Of a DNA stretch of 64,000 bases, positions 12,054 to 23,909 are shown one piece after another. A program made the translations under genes and the position numbers. Source of the DNA: Phallusia mammillata (taxonomy: Eukaryota); NCBI GenBank assembly GCA_965637545.1, contig OZ281496.1, positions 13,578,001 through 13,642,000 on the forward strand. The letters run 5' to 3'. Below the pieces are notes generated by a model. It did no database searches and was not told where the DNA came from. It was given only the letters and a program-made list of their open reading frames with translations. Within the stretch, counting starts at the first letter, position 1, and every line of letters begins with the position of its first letter.

Positions 12054-13400
12054 GAATGAGACTTACAAAACTTATTTTTTTAAATCTAAAATTCGGGTTT
12101 TCGTGACAAACTATTGTTACCCTGTGCACTTGTCCCGCATTAATTTACCAGACATCATTGCATTTAAACGCCCACAGTTACCAAGTGTGCACAAAATAAT
12201 AAAATCGCGTCATTGCATTTGTAAACTTTTTTTGTGGGATCCTTTTTTACGAAACAGATCCACGTATTGTGGCTGAATATGACAACAATCACCCCAGGCA
12301 CAAGAAAATCGTACAAGAATTGTCGCGGTACACCATGCGAGTGTGGTATAAGAGAACAGACTGAAGAGGTCTGTCTTCGCAAGCCTTTTAAGGCAGTTAC
12401 CGCCTTTCAGACCTAAACTTTTCACACCGCTGAAACTTAGTTGGTGTTTCTGGTCCTTATATTGTCCCGAATTTAGCATTTAAGAAATGTCAGTCGTGAC
12501 GTAGTCATTTTGCCGTGAGACGTTTTAATGACTTTTTTGCTGTATATATAGAAAATGCAAAAATCGAACTTATAGTTTGACGTCGAACACATCTAACTGA
12601 AAACTTCATAATGAAGCTAGTTTGATTGCAATGCTAGCCCTCGTTGAAGAATCGGAATCATTGGGTAAGAAGATATAAATGTATTGTTTTGTAAGAAAGA
12701 GTTATTATTATTATTCGTAATTTTATAGCTTTGCGTAAAATTTACTTTGGTCACGGTAATTTTGTTATTCCAGGCAACTTGAATCGCTATTTTTGTCAAG
12801 TTTTCTGCAAAAAAGACAATCAAGGGAATAATTACGTACAAAGACTGCACGTGTTTCAGCAATGGTAATCACGCTTGTGAGAATCAACAGAATAAGCAGT
12901 ATCTGACCCTGTGACAGGCTCTTTTGTCAAATTTTAAAGCTAAATATGGAGTAAGGTTCTAAAGTACAAAATCAGTCGACATAATCTTGGAATGCTTGTT
13001 TTATATTGACAGCTTATAGCTCGAGCGCACTGCTGTTTGATTAATATTTCATTGCAGTTTCGTGTTTTTAACAGAAACTGACGATGCCAACTACAGACGA
13101 AATAAATAAGTTTTATATCGACTGACTTTGTTCTCGGGATCTGATTTCACATTTAGCACATTTGGATGTAATTTATAAGGTAACAACCTCTTTGTTTTGT
13201 TTGCTGGAGTTTCAAAGATAGAAATTCAGAATTCACGAAATTTAACTTTAACAATGATAGGATGGCTGATTTTTTAACACACTCAAATCTGAAACAATGT
13301 TCTGTTTTTAGGTGGAATTAGAGGAATTTGCACGTATTGCTTCAAATTTTACTGTCCAAGATCAGTGAAATCACCATTGCAAGTTTTTGCCCGAGCTTTT

Positions 13401-13462
13401 TTTCCCCAATTCTGCCCTCAGTTACTGCAAATTTCCCCAATTCTGCCCTCAGTTACTGCAAA
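13401..13462. repeat. Perfect 31-bp tandem duplication
   Basis: TTTCCCCAATTCTGCCCTCAGTTACTGCAAA x2. Confidence 0.9.
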
Positions 13463-13850
13463 ATGAATAGTCATTGTGTAGTTCTTATCGTTTGGAACAA
13501 AACACGGATCAAATGTCAAAATGAAAGTAAATTTGTAGTTACCGATGATGAACTAACAGAATGCTGTTGTGTTCCATAGTTTAGATTAGCACAACACGAA
13601 CCATGCAAATTAGTAAGGCTTACTGCGTGATCAAATCAGATTTAAAAAAAAGAAAATAGTGCGTTCTGACTACTATGACAAACCAACACCGTAAGAGCGT
13701 ACAAGAATGTTTATTAAAAACGAACGTTACAGAAAATATATACTTAAACAAAACACGACACACGAAGAGTTTTGCAAGTAAACGTGTTGTTTTAACCCGG
13801 AGCGAAAATAATTACAGTGACAAGACGGCTAAAAAAAGGTTCTATGATAG

Positions 13851-14027
13851 TTGAGTTGAGTTTATTTCGCTCGGTGAAAAAATCGTAGTAACACAATTGC
13901 ACTAAAATATTCACCTTGCCGGAGATAGCTGCGCAACGTTGAGACGTTAAAAAGCGCGACAAAGTAGAGGGCACAGTTGGTGAAGATATGAGAAACGCGC
14001 TGCAGCTACACCGTTATTATAGGCGTT
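13851..14027. repeat. ~180-bp dispersed repeat, second copy at 37262-37442
   Basis: Shared GTTGAGTTGAG...GCCGGA(G/A)ATAGCTGCGCAACGTT...AACGCGCTGCAGCTACA. Confidence 0.7.
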
Positions 14028-14862
14028 ATGTGACGGGGACTCGCATCAGAGGGTGAGGTTGAAACGTTGGTGGAACCAGTCAGGTTGGGACCTAATCTAA
14101 CCACCCGTGTTAGGGAAAGAGGGTGGGGTTCGACAGGAAAAGAAACCACCAAAAGAAACCCTGCCGGATAGTTTCGAGCGCCGGAAGAAAGGGTGCAGAA
14201 CATACATTGTGACGTTATATTAGACTAGTTCGCATTGGACTATATAAAAATAGATAACAGATTAGTAAAGGAACACTTCCTCTAGTATGTACACGAATAG
14301 TAAAAAGAAAAAGAATACAAGACAAAAAAGTCAAAAACTCGGAAGCAACACGTATTCGGTCGAGGGCATCGAAGGGGGACGTGGGTCGCAGTATCAAATC
14401 CATCCGGGTTGTTCGACAGCTGTCTGTAAATATATTGGCAGCAAGTCAACTGCTCGAGCAATAACCAGACACAATCACACAACGCAAGTGTTTTTGTTAG
14501 TTAACACTACTAAAACAAGTGTTTGTGACAAACCAAACTTTTATAGTGTAGGCTATAGGTGTATTACTAAAAAATACAGATTATAAATTCGTAGCCGAGA
14601 AAAAATAGTGGTCAAGTGGTACATCAACCGTGGTAACGCTATTACATAAATTATGTTAGTAGTGATAAAGTAGTAGTAGTGATAAAATAATAATAGACCT
14701 AGGTCCAAATGTGGCTGCTGGCACTATACAGTCAGTAACTAAAAACGCATGCTAGTTAGCCGGATCTGTAGTGAGACAAGGGTTGTCCAAAGGACCGGTT
14801 ATAAAAGGTGGTGAATGTGAACAAAAACTGATTTGTCATGCATGCTTATGTGTAGCAGTTAT

Positions 14863-17800
14863 CTAAAAAAGTGTTGAGCTTTGTAGCAAATGTGCAGTGT
14901 AGGAGTTTGCAAAAAATCTTGCGTTTGGTGCGTTTCTTATTTCCTCAGGAATGCTATTCCATATTTTGGGACCAATATATTTTATAGATTGTTGAATTAG
15001 GGTTGTTCGATAAAAGGGTTTAACAAAAGAAGACCTGGCACGCGTTTGTATATTACTACAGTTTATGTTTAGAAAATCTTTAAACATATCTGGCAACATG
15101 TTATTGTCACATTTATACATAAAAATTGCAATTTCTAACTCAAAAAGCTCCTTGATAGATAGAATATTATGTCGGGACATAACTTCTTGTAGACTGTTAT
15201 TGTGTTTGATGTTGAAAACACATTTTAGAAATTTGTGACATATTCTCTGTAGTTTTGCAATTAGCCTCGTTTGACCGTGGTGCCAGTTAACAATGCAGTA
15301 TCGTATATGGGAGATTATCAATGCATGATAAAGGCTTAGTAGGGTTTTCCCTAGGTCTTATCTTGCAAACAATGGCAAGGTTTCGTTTACATGACAAAAC
15401 CAATTTGTTAATATGCTTCTTCCAGGAAAGCCTTTCATCAAGAATTATACCCAGGAATTTTATGGATTGTACCTGTTCCAGGACATGATCTTTAATTTTG
15501 ACCTGTATCGATTGATAGCTGTGGTTTTGTTGTTGAAATAGAATAGTTTTAGTTTTCGATACGTTCAATGTCAGTTTGTTTGCTAACAGCCAATCAGTGA
15601 TGTTTATCATTTCCTTATTCGCTGTGCACTGTAATTCGTTATTTGACTTAGCAGTTAGTAAAATAGTAGTGTCGTCAGCAAACATCAGTGGCGATCCGAA
15701 TTGTAGGCAATTTGGAAAGTCGTTAATATAAATAATAAATAACAGAGGACCCAATTGAGAACCTTGGGGTACTCCGAGTGAGATAGGGCATTGGTTGTTG
15801 GAAATAGCATCATTGCATAGGACCTTCTGTGAACGACCGGTAAGATAGCTTTCGAACCATTTGTTGGGAATACCGCGTATTCCGCCCGCAATGTGATTAA
15901 TTTCTGTAGTAAATCTAGAAAAATTCCCATAGTAGTAAATTTATTGTTTAGGTTTTCCGTGACGTTCGCTATAAAGTTTGTAGTGACATGACTGGTCGAG
16001 TGATTTCTACGAAAACCAAACTGATATTTAGTGAAGAAGTTGGTGGATGAGAGGAACGAGTTAATGCGAGTAAACACGAGCTTCTCAAGTATTTTGGAAA
16101 GGTTCGAAAGCAAGCTTATCGGCCGGTAGTTTGTTGCCAGTTTGCGATTTCCATTTTTGAAAATAGGAACTACTTTTGAGATTTTGAAATCATCCAAAAA
16201 ATACCTGTACTTAGCGATCTATTGAAAATATGTGCGAGGCTGGTCACAATGTTTTCTGGAAATGCTTTAATAACCCCAATAGGAATTCCATCAAAACCAC
16301 AGCTCAATTTTGGTTTCATTGCTTTGATTATGTTTACTATTTCACCAGGGCAGGTCGGAAACAGAAACATTGAATTAGCTTGTGGGGGATCCAAGAAAGT
16401 AGTAAATGATTTTTTTGGCATTTCTAGTTTATCTGCCAGATTTTTTGCAATTGTTGAAAAAAATCTGTTGAAATGATCTGATATTTTGGATGGATCATTG
16501 GTGGGATTATCATCAACAAGTATATGACCTGAAGAAGATTGACGCGATCGACCCAAAAGTTTGTTTATTATGGACCATGTGCTTCGCATATTGTGTTTTA
16601 CTTTGCCAAATATAGCCTGGTAGTGTTGTTTCTTTTTCTGAGATAATTTGCGATTGTAAATATTTCTTACATAGTTGTATTTCTCTTTTCGTTCCTGTGT
16701 TTTTTTGTTTAGGTATTTTTTGTACGCTTTCTGTTTAGCATAAAGCAGCTTAGAAAGATCTGAATCATACCATTCATTATTTATTGCTTGACTTTGTTTG
16801 TTAAGAATTGGGAAACATTTATTGAAGATTGTACCAAATAAATTACTGAAAAGTTTAAATGCCTTATTTGGTTCATTCTCACAGAGAATGCTTGAGGTGT
16901 CAGCTTGGCCCATCAGATGAGAAAATTTAGCAAGGTTTTTTTCTGAAAACTGTCTAAATGAGGTTTGGTTGCCAACTTTATTTTTTCTATTAACACTTAC
17001 AAAAACAGGAAGATGATCAGATATGCAGTCCAAAATTATGAAGGATTGGGTTTGATTTTTAAGGTCATTAGTCCAAATGTGGTCAAGGCATGTTTCACTT
17101 GTATCTGTGATTCTTGTTGGTTTGTTGACTAATGAAATGAAAGAGTTATCAAATAGAATATTGGTAAAGTTGTCAATTTGATTGTTGCTAATATCCTAGA
17201 GGTTGTAATTAAAATCACCAAGAATGTATGAACGATTCTTTTTGTTATTAATAGTCAAAAGGGTATCTTTTAAAACTCTTAGAAATTCATCGTTTGTGTT
17301 TAGGTTCTGCCCTGGTGATCTATAGATAGTTCCACATGTTATGGTTTCAGTGCCCAAATCTATATCCACAAAAATAGATTCAAAAACTTTTTCGTTCATT
17401 ATTGTCAGGTCTTTACATAAAGAGTGTTTTATGCCAGATTTAATAAATAAACCAACACCCCCACCAGTTGCTTTACATCTACTATTTGAGATAAAAGTGT
17501 AGTTTGGTAGGTTGCAATGTAAACCAGGTTGATTATTCCTAACCCATGTTTCATTGACACAAATAATAGTAGGTTTAATATTCATATTATGTATTAATCC
17601 CTCGAGTTTGCAGAAGTTATTTGGGTTAACTAATGACCGCGCGTTAATGCAGAGTGCTGAAAAACTGGAAGAAGCATGACAACTTGACACTGGTAATTGG
17701 TTTGAATAAACATAGCAGCTAGGATCAGTCAACTCATTATCTGAACTATTACTTTCAGAATCACAATCATCATTAATTTCAGTGGAGAGATAATCTGGGA

Positions 17801-17987
17801 GTATATTTGGTTCTTTTGTGCCCTTATGTTGGTAATCGAACTCCTGGTCCGTGAGTGAATTAAATGGGAAACAAGAGTATTCAGTATTTAAAAAATTGGT
17901 AGTATGAATGGAATTCGACCTACTAGTTGTGCCCCCTTTTTGACTTTTAGGTAGATCTCTGACCGGCATAGGGTAAGCCATGCTCAT
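14863..17987 (-). pseudogene. LINE ORF2 (apurinic endonuclease + reverse transcriptase)
   Basis: INARSL, VNETW, GGGVG, GDFN, CLDHIW, SDHLP, NYRPISLL, QFGFR, GVPQGSQLGPLLF, FADDT, FLGIILD and YIGPKIWNSIP motifs. In-frame stop at 17196-17198, frameshifts near 16200, 15900, 15760 and 15330, and the SKAFD block deleted. Confidence 0.93.
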
Positions 17988-18068
17988 AGGTTGTTGCTAT
18001 AATGAATTACATCTGGTACAGTAGGACACAGTGTGCTACATTTATCATGCAAAAGTAAGTGTGGTGAT

Positions 18069-18758
18069 CTAGTTAAGGCAATTAAGATCTTCTATTGTAC
18101 GGATCACCTTTTTTTGGCCATGGGCCATTGCATGGATGATTCCATTGTTTGTCCATGTGTTTCTCATTCCAATCCTCTCTTGTACTTGTCGAAGCAGTTG
18201 TAGGCGCTTTCTTGTGAGGGATTCTGTCAGAACAAGTCCACTTCGAGCCAGGTTTCTTTTTTTAAAGAATAGATCATTCCGAACAGACCTTCGAACAAAT
18301 TTTATTATTACAGGTGTGCCTTTCTTTGCTGGAAGGACATGAGCAATGTCAATGTCCTGTTGTGTTACGGGAACACAGGACTGTAACTTTACATTTAAAA
18401 TAGGCAAAAGAAAGTTAACCAGGTCAGAATGACTTCCCTTGGGCACTTTATTAGCACCATGAAGAATCAGGCAGTTTCTTCGTCCATATTGTTCAAGGTC
18501 ATCCAAGTCCTGCTCACAGCTCTTCATCCTTTCATCGAAGGTACGGATCTCCGTCTCAAGTTTGGAAAGCAGGGCCCTCAACTCGCCAGCTTCTTTCATC
18601 ATTCCTTCAGATGAGAGTCCAGCTGTGGAAACAGTTTCTGGGATTTTAACAGCATTTACTAGCTCGATTTGTTCTTCCAACTTATCTTGTCTTTGTTTGA
18701 ACTCTTCAAGTGCTTGGTTCAGTTTTTCCATTTGTGTCACATTGGTTGATCTCCCCAT
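18069..18758 (-). CDS. LINE ORF1 protein (coiled coil + RRM/CTD-like), open 229 aa
   Basis: Coiled-coil N-terminus, LEQYGRRNCLILHG, DIDIAHVLP, PVIIKFVRRSVRND, LTESLTRKR, WTNNGIIH; lies directly upstream of ORF2. Confidence 0.88.
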   Translation of the reverse strand: MGRSTNVTQMEKLNQALEEFKQRQDKLEEQIELVNAVKIPETVSTAGLSSEGMMKEAGELRALLSKLETEIRTFDERMKSCEQDLDDLEQYGRRNCLILHGANKVPKGSHSDLVNFLLPILNVKLQSCVPVTQQDIDIAHVLPAKKGTPVIIKFVRRSVRNDLFFKKRNLARSGLVLTESLTRKRLQLLRQVQERIGMRNTWTNNGIIHAMAHGQKKVIRTIEDLNCLN

Positions 18759-18841
18759 TATTTCAGAATTCAGATGTACAGTTCACTAATTTAATTGAGC
18801 AAAATGGCTTTATTAAATAATCCTAAGCAGTCATCTATCCC

Positions 18842-18857
18842 CTTATTCAAATAGAAT
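18842..18857 (-). other. Ciona-type spliced-leader sequence ATTCTATTTGAATAAG at the LINE 5' end
   Basis: Exact 16/16 match on the LINE sense strand, 83 nt upstream of the ORF1 ATG. It is followed by GGGATAG rather than a GT donor, so it is not an SL RNA gene. Confidence 0.85.
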
Positions 18858-19708
18858 GATGGCATGAGGCGGCTAACTTAAAACGAAAATAATTACAAGC
18901 GTTTAAATAGGGCCAGTAAAGGTTTGATGCACATTAAAACACAAATGCATTGCTATACATCCATTTCTTGTTTTGGATGTCAAACTTTTCACAACTTGAC
19001 AGCGATTTATGGGTACGACTTATTTTATCCTAAGTTTCATCATTGCATTTTCAAGTGCTACCTCGATGAATCTGTTCAACGCTGGTCCAGTTGCGATCCA
19101 TATGATGTCGTCTCTAAATCGTTTAAATATACGACATTTTTCTCAGAGTCAAAGTGATTATCTCCGGTAGCAATAGCATCGGTTTGTTGATAACAATATT
19201 GACCATACCCAGTTTCAACATATATGATATTGAACACCTCTAGGCAGATTTGAGTAAAAGCAGCTGTAATGCAAAGGCGTCCTCTAATTTGTGGACGCTT
19301 TCACTTTTTTACCTCCTTTACATGGTGCATACTTTCACCCCAGAATTCGTCAATGTCCGACTTGCAGTATCTGATATTTAATAAATGCAGTTACTCGTGA
19401 TGTTGCTGAAGCAGCTTTTAGGGGCCTGTCAGGAACGTCGCGTACGTTGATAGCTTCAAGTGGATACGCGCATCGGGGTTATACTATTTTCAAAGTATTT
19501 TGCTGTAGGTCGAGAATAAGCCAAGTATCAGAATTACATTGATTGCCCCCAGGTAGATACAATTGCTTATACGTGGATCTGGCTCGTACAATAGTGCGAA
19601 TACCCCATCTTCCGTAAATGCCGTCACAAACGTTCTTACTCCAGTTATTCCGTGTGGTCACAAAAGTTTTTGCTTTTTTTGTTGTAAAGATCATAAAAAG
19701 TTGTTGAC

Positions 19709-20222
19709 TAGGGTTACCATATTTGATGATACACAGTCCCTGACAAATTTATCTCAGATGCGTTAACCTTTTTGCGAGCCAAACATTACGGAATAAATGG
19801 ACAATATTCCAACGTTAGAAACGATACTCTCATCCTTGTGAATTAACAGAAGCGCAGGCTAAATCAAACTTTCCACGTAGCATTGAATGCTGTTTTTTCT
19901 TCAGACGTGTTTTTTATATCTATATTTAACTCGTATTGTTAGACAACTAATAACAAACAGGTATTGTTACGAGCGCGCACACACACACTGCAAAACGAAA
20001 CAGTAACCCCCTTCTGCTTTAACCCGTGGGACCGTCAGTTTATACCTCTTTACGCTTCAACGGATAGACGCGGTTGGACCTGACTGCTCGAAACTTTCTC
20101 CGTTGATACATTAATTTCTTCATAAAATTGTATTTGTGTTTATTTCGGGACTTTTCATTTCTCCCTGACGCAGATTTAAACACCTGACACGCCAGGGGAA
20201 ATCCCGACGTATGGCAACCCTA
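19709..20222. mobile_element. Blackjack-type hAT MITE
   Basis: TAGGGTTACCATA / TATGGCAACCCTA ends; flanks TTGTTGAC vs TGTTAGAC are a degenerate TSD. Confidence 0.7.
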
Positions 20223-20386
20223 TGTTAGACCGAAATATCGAAAAATGCCCTCTTTTATTTCGCACATATCGGTACGAAACACAATAAATAGCCGGAATGA
20301 AATGCTGCGTTTTCAGGGGCTTCCAGTCTTTCCAGGACTTTGTGGTGGAAAGGATCACTCGGTCACCCATCGTGCAGTGCTCCCGA

Positions 20387-21538
20387 CAGTGATGGGGAGA
20401 CTCGAGTCACCTTTTAAAAGACTCGACTTGGACTCGTCTTAGTCGAGACTGGACTCGGACTCGTCTTAGTCGAGACTGGACTCGGACTCGTTATTTCACC
20501 AACAAAACGAAATTTCTTTGGTTTCAACCAAACAACAGCAGCAATTTACTATGCGATGCGAAGTTATTTTTGCCTAATTTTGACGTAACGAAGTCGCTTC
20601 TACATGCACAACCTTTCTTGTGCTGGCATTAGGCCTTGTACTTATTGCTTGGTTTAAGGCAGTGGTGGCCAACCTATGGCACATGCGCCAAACGTGGCGC
20701 ATTGCATGATTAGAAAGGGCGCATTGCCTAGGGTTGCCATATTTTATGAAACACAATCCCTGACAAAATTTATCTCGGTTGCGTGAACCCAGTTTGTCTC
20801 AAATTTTAAGTCTCAACGTAAATTCTTATTTGGTGTCAGTTTGTACAACTGGATAAGTTGCAATCAAAGTGGAAGTGAGAATCAACCGTCTCCATTGTTA
20901 AACAAAAGGCTTTATTGCATAACAACTAACAAAAATGCAATTGTTCGCGCACAATTGTAATGTTTTTTTTTGTCTTGCCTGTGATGTCAGATATGGATCA
21001 TTGTTATGCGCAAATTTTGCATAACTAGCTAAAATAGTGCAATCAACTTTCGTTTTTATGTAATACACATTTAGGCTTAAGGACCGCGAGCCCTCGAAAT
21101 AATGACAAAGGGGGACCGTTTTGAAAAAAATATGAAAAAGTTTGGGAACCACTGTCATAGAAGTATGTTAAAAAGTTGCCGAATGGTATGTAGAAGGTTG
21201 GCCACCCCTGGTTTAAGGTAATCGAATGCAGAACATGTCAAGGTCAAGTATTCCCTTTTAAGCGCTTATATTACTGTAAATACGTTCTAGCGCATGCAGT
21301 AAAATATGAATTTTGGCTTTTCATGAACTCCTTTAAACAGATTGACGTTCTTGTCCATGCTGTTCGAGTGTCAATTAACGTGTTTAATTAAAGTTGATCA
21401 TACTCTAAGGAAGGGACGTTGATGGGTTAAGTTCCCTGTAATAAAGCGGTGTCCGTTTAAGGTAAGACAGTCACGATGAAACATTCAAACAGAATAACCA
21501 TCCTTGACTCGACTGATAGGACTCGTTACCCAACCCTG
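20387..21538. mobile_element. Non-autonomous hAT element with GACTCG subterminal repeats
   Basis: Ends CAGTGATGGGG / CCCAACCCTG, TSD GCTCCCGA vs GCTCTCGG (6/8), tandem GACTCGG/AGTCGAGAC motifs. Paralog at 46205-46769. Confidence 0.75.
20660..21210. mobile_element. Composite hAT MITE nested in the previous element
   Basis: TIR CAGTGGTGGCCAACC / GGTTGGCCACCCCTG (14/15), perfect 8-bp TSD GTTTAAGG. Contains a Blackjack end (20729) and another hAT end (21154). Confidence 0.92.
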
Positions 21539-23909
21539 GCTCTCGGTCTTTTTGTTGCATGGTCACAGCAAGTCCACTACGGTTACGCGAGTTTTGACTA
21601 CAATGGCGAAGGCTTGGAACGTGGTAGCAAGCCGTGAAGGAAGGCATGCGTGCACATTGGCAAGAAATCTCCACTCACACCCAAAGGTCGGAGTGGACCA
21701 GGATATGGGGGAAAAGAGGTGCCACCAAGAAGCAGGATAAATTTAAAGAACCTCACAAGATCCGTGTGGGTTGTTTGGTCTTATGTAGTCCAGCTACAAC
21801 AATGCTTCGCATATGCGCGACGAATACGAGGCACTTGAAAGCCAGAAAAACACTCTCGAAAACTCGGCAGAGGAAGCGGTCGTAAACCCTTCTTTACCAT
21901 CAGCTACCTCCTTCCCAGGCATTGATAGTTAGAGACCTCGAGGGCGGGACGCCCGGCAAAATGAACTTCGGAATCCGGGAGGGGGCACATCGGGTGCCGC
22001 CGCTATCGGTGTAATAAAGCAGTTTACACATACTTTACATAGATCGTTTATGTTGATAAAAATGCAGAGTGTCCAAAGTTGTTTCGATAAAATGAAGGTC
22101 CTCGAAAGGAAATTGGATGTTTACTATCCGCTACCGTGTACAAAAATCAAGCCAGCGACTCAACAACACTAAGGTTATATGCGTGCGTGCCTATGAAAAT
22201 TTAGTCAATGAATGCAAAATAAGCGAACTGAAGATTAGCGACGAGTGTTATGCATTGAAGAATTAAATTGCAAAATATACGACTAAAGTAAGTTACTTTA
22301 TGAAGGAAATGGATGTATCAACCCTATATAAGAATTGTTTGCAAGAAGTGCATTGAGGAGAGGCCTGCGAAACGGGCAAGAATTGAAGATCGCACAGGCT
22401 CGCAGGATTTATTTAACCCAACGGACAACTGATCAAACCAACTGGTTTTGTAAGGTGTATAAAATTTTCCAATGGAGATAAAAACAGGTTTTCGAAAAAA
22501 TGTTTGATTCAGCTATGGCATTTTTACGCGCTCACAACTGCTTATTACGAGGGCAACAGCAAGCTTCAACGGACGAGATGAAACGCGTGGACAAGTAATG
22601 TTAAATCAAACTATGTACGAGGCTAAGAAAGAAATTACGTCAATATTCAACAAACTCAGACAAGGAACGAGAAGCGCAACGACAGCTCGGTATTGTTTCA
22701 CTTTTAGACACCGACATAGCGGGAAGTTCACAAAGCTTCTCACAACATAGTTTTAAAAACCACCGTTCACTAAATTTATCTGTGGATAACAAAGCTGGGG
22801 AAAGTGGCACCGAAATCGAGCCAAAACCAGAATGCCTGAGCAAAAAAATGACTTCTTAGTTTCAACATGCATGAATTAGTGAAAAAGATCGTACTCACTT
22901 CCGATTCTTCACGTTTCAGACTTTTTACACGTCTCTCCCTTTGCCTATCTTTTTCCCTAAATCTTCGACTTTGTTTTTTTCCCATATTAAACAAAATTTT
23001 TCTTTAGGCACAACTTAAAATACAATTCAGAAAGCTATGCGACAGGAGTTAACTTTAGATTTGTCATCATGCGTCACATAACACTTTTTTAAACAACATT
23101 GTAATTGGGACGGTAATTTTGTAAATGGTTACGACAGTGCAGCAAACGTACACCATGTAAAACGCTTGGCAAGGTCAAGGGGTCAAGTTAGACGAAAATT
23201 TGGTAATTGTTTACCGGTATGTGCTTGTTGAGAGATTGTTTATTCAAGTTGTTTTGCTTAGCAGCTAACAAAACAGAGAAAGATGAATTTTGAACTTAGC
23301 GATGAAATTCTTGTGGAAGTATTAAAAAAATACAGGTCTTTGTACGACCTCGTGACAAATTTGCGAAAGAAAATGCCTGGAAAGCAATTGGGCTATATTT
23401 AAACATGGAAGGTAGTGTGATGTAAAAGCAGACAGACAGATTTAGAATACTACATACTTTTTTTTGCTTTAGATTCCTCTAAAAAACATGTGCATGTTAA
23501 GGTGCGTTTACACTACACGCGACGCGAAGCGACCCGTTATCTTTTTGCCTTGTTTGTGTTGAAGCGTTTACACTACACGCGACGCGACGCGAATGTCGCG
23601 TCGCGTCGCTTTGAATCGCTTCTGAAGCGAAAAATCGCTTTGCGCGTGTACTGTTGTGAACTAGCAGCCTGTGCTTTTTTTAACTTTTTCAAATTTTGAT
23701 AGCTATATGCGTGGTTTGTTTTGCTACTAAAGGTATTTGAAACTGAAAACGTAATCAAGGATGATAGAACTAATTGCCTCAATTATGAATTATAGCCTTT
23801 GTGTCACTGACATTTGTTTTAGACCCTTGGACAGGATGCTAGTCCTGGTTTGGTTATTGATTTACACTAAAATAATAAACTTTTTTTAAGGTTTTAGTTT
23901 TAGCAAACA

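Larger units (their letters stand above)
14650..18857 (-). mobile_element. Full-length CR1/L2-group (Crack-like) LINE, inactivated
   Basis: ORF1, then APE-RT ORF2, 3'UTR and a simple (ACT/ATT)n-like tail near 14650-14700. The 5' end is placed at the SL sequence. No TSD found. Confidence 0.9.

Noticed and set aside
14029-14530. Candidate solo LTR (TGTGAC...GACA)
   Set aside because: No TSD, no second copy, no PBS or PPT.
21539-21960. Possible Gypsy integrase C-terminal relic (KRGATKKQDKFKEPHKI; purine tract near 21978)
   Set aside because: Resemblance too weak and no core integrase motif found.
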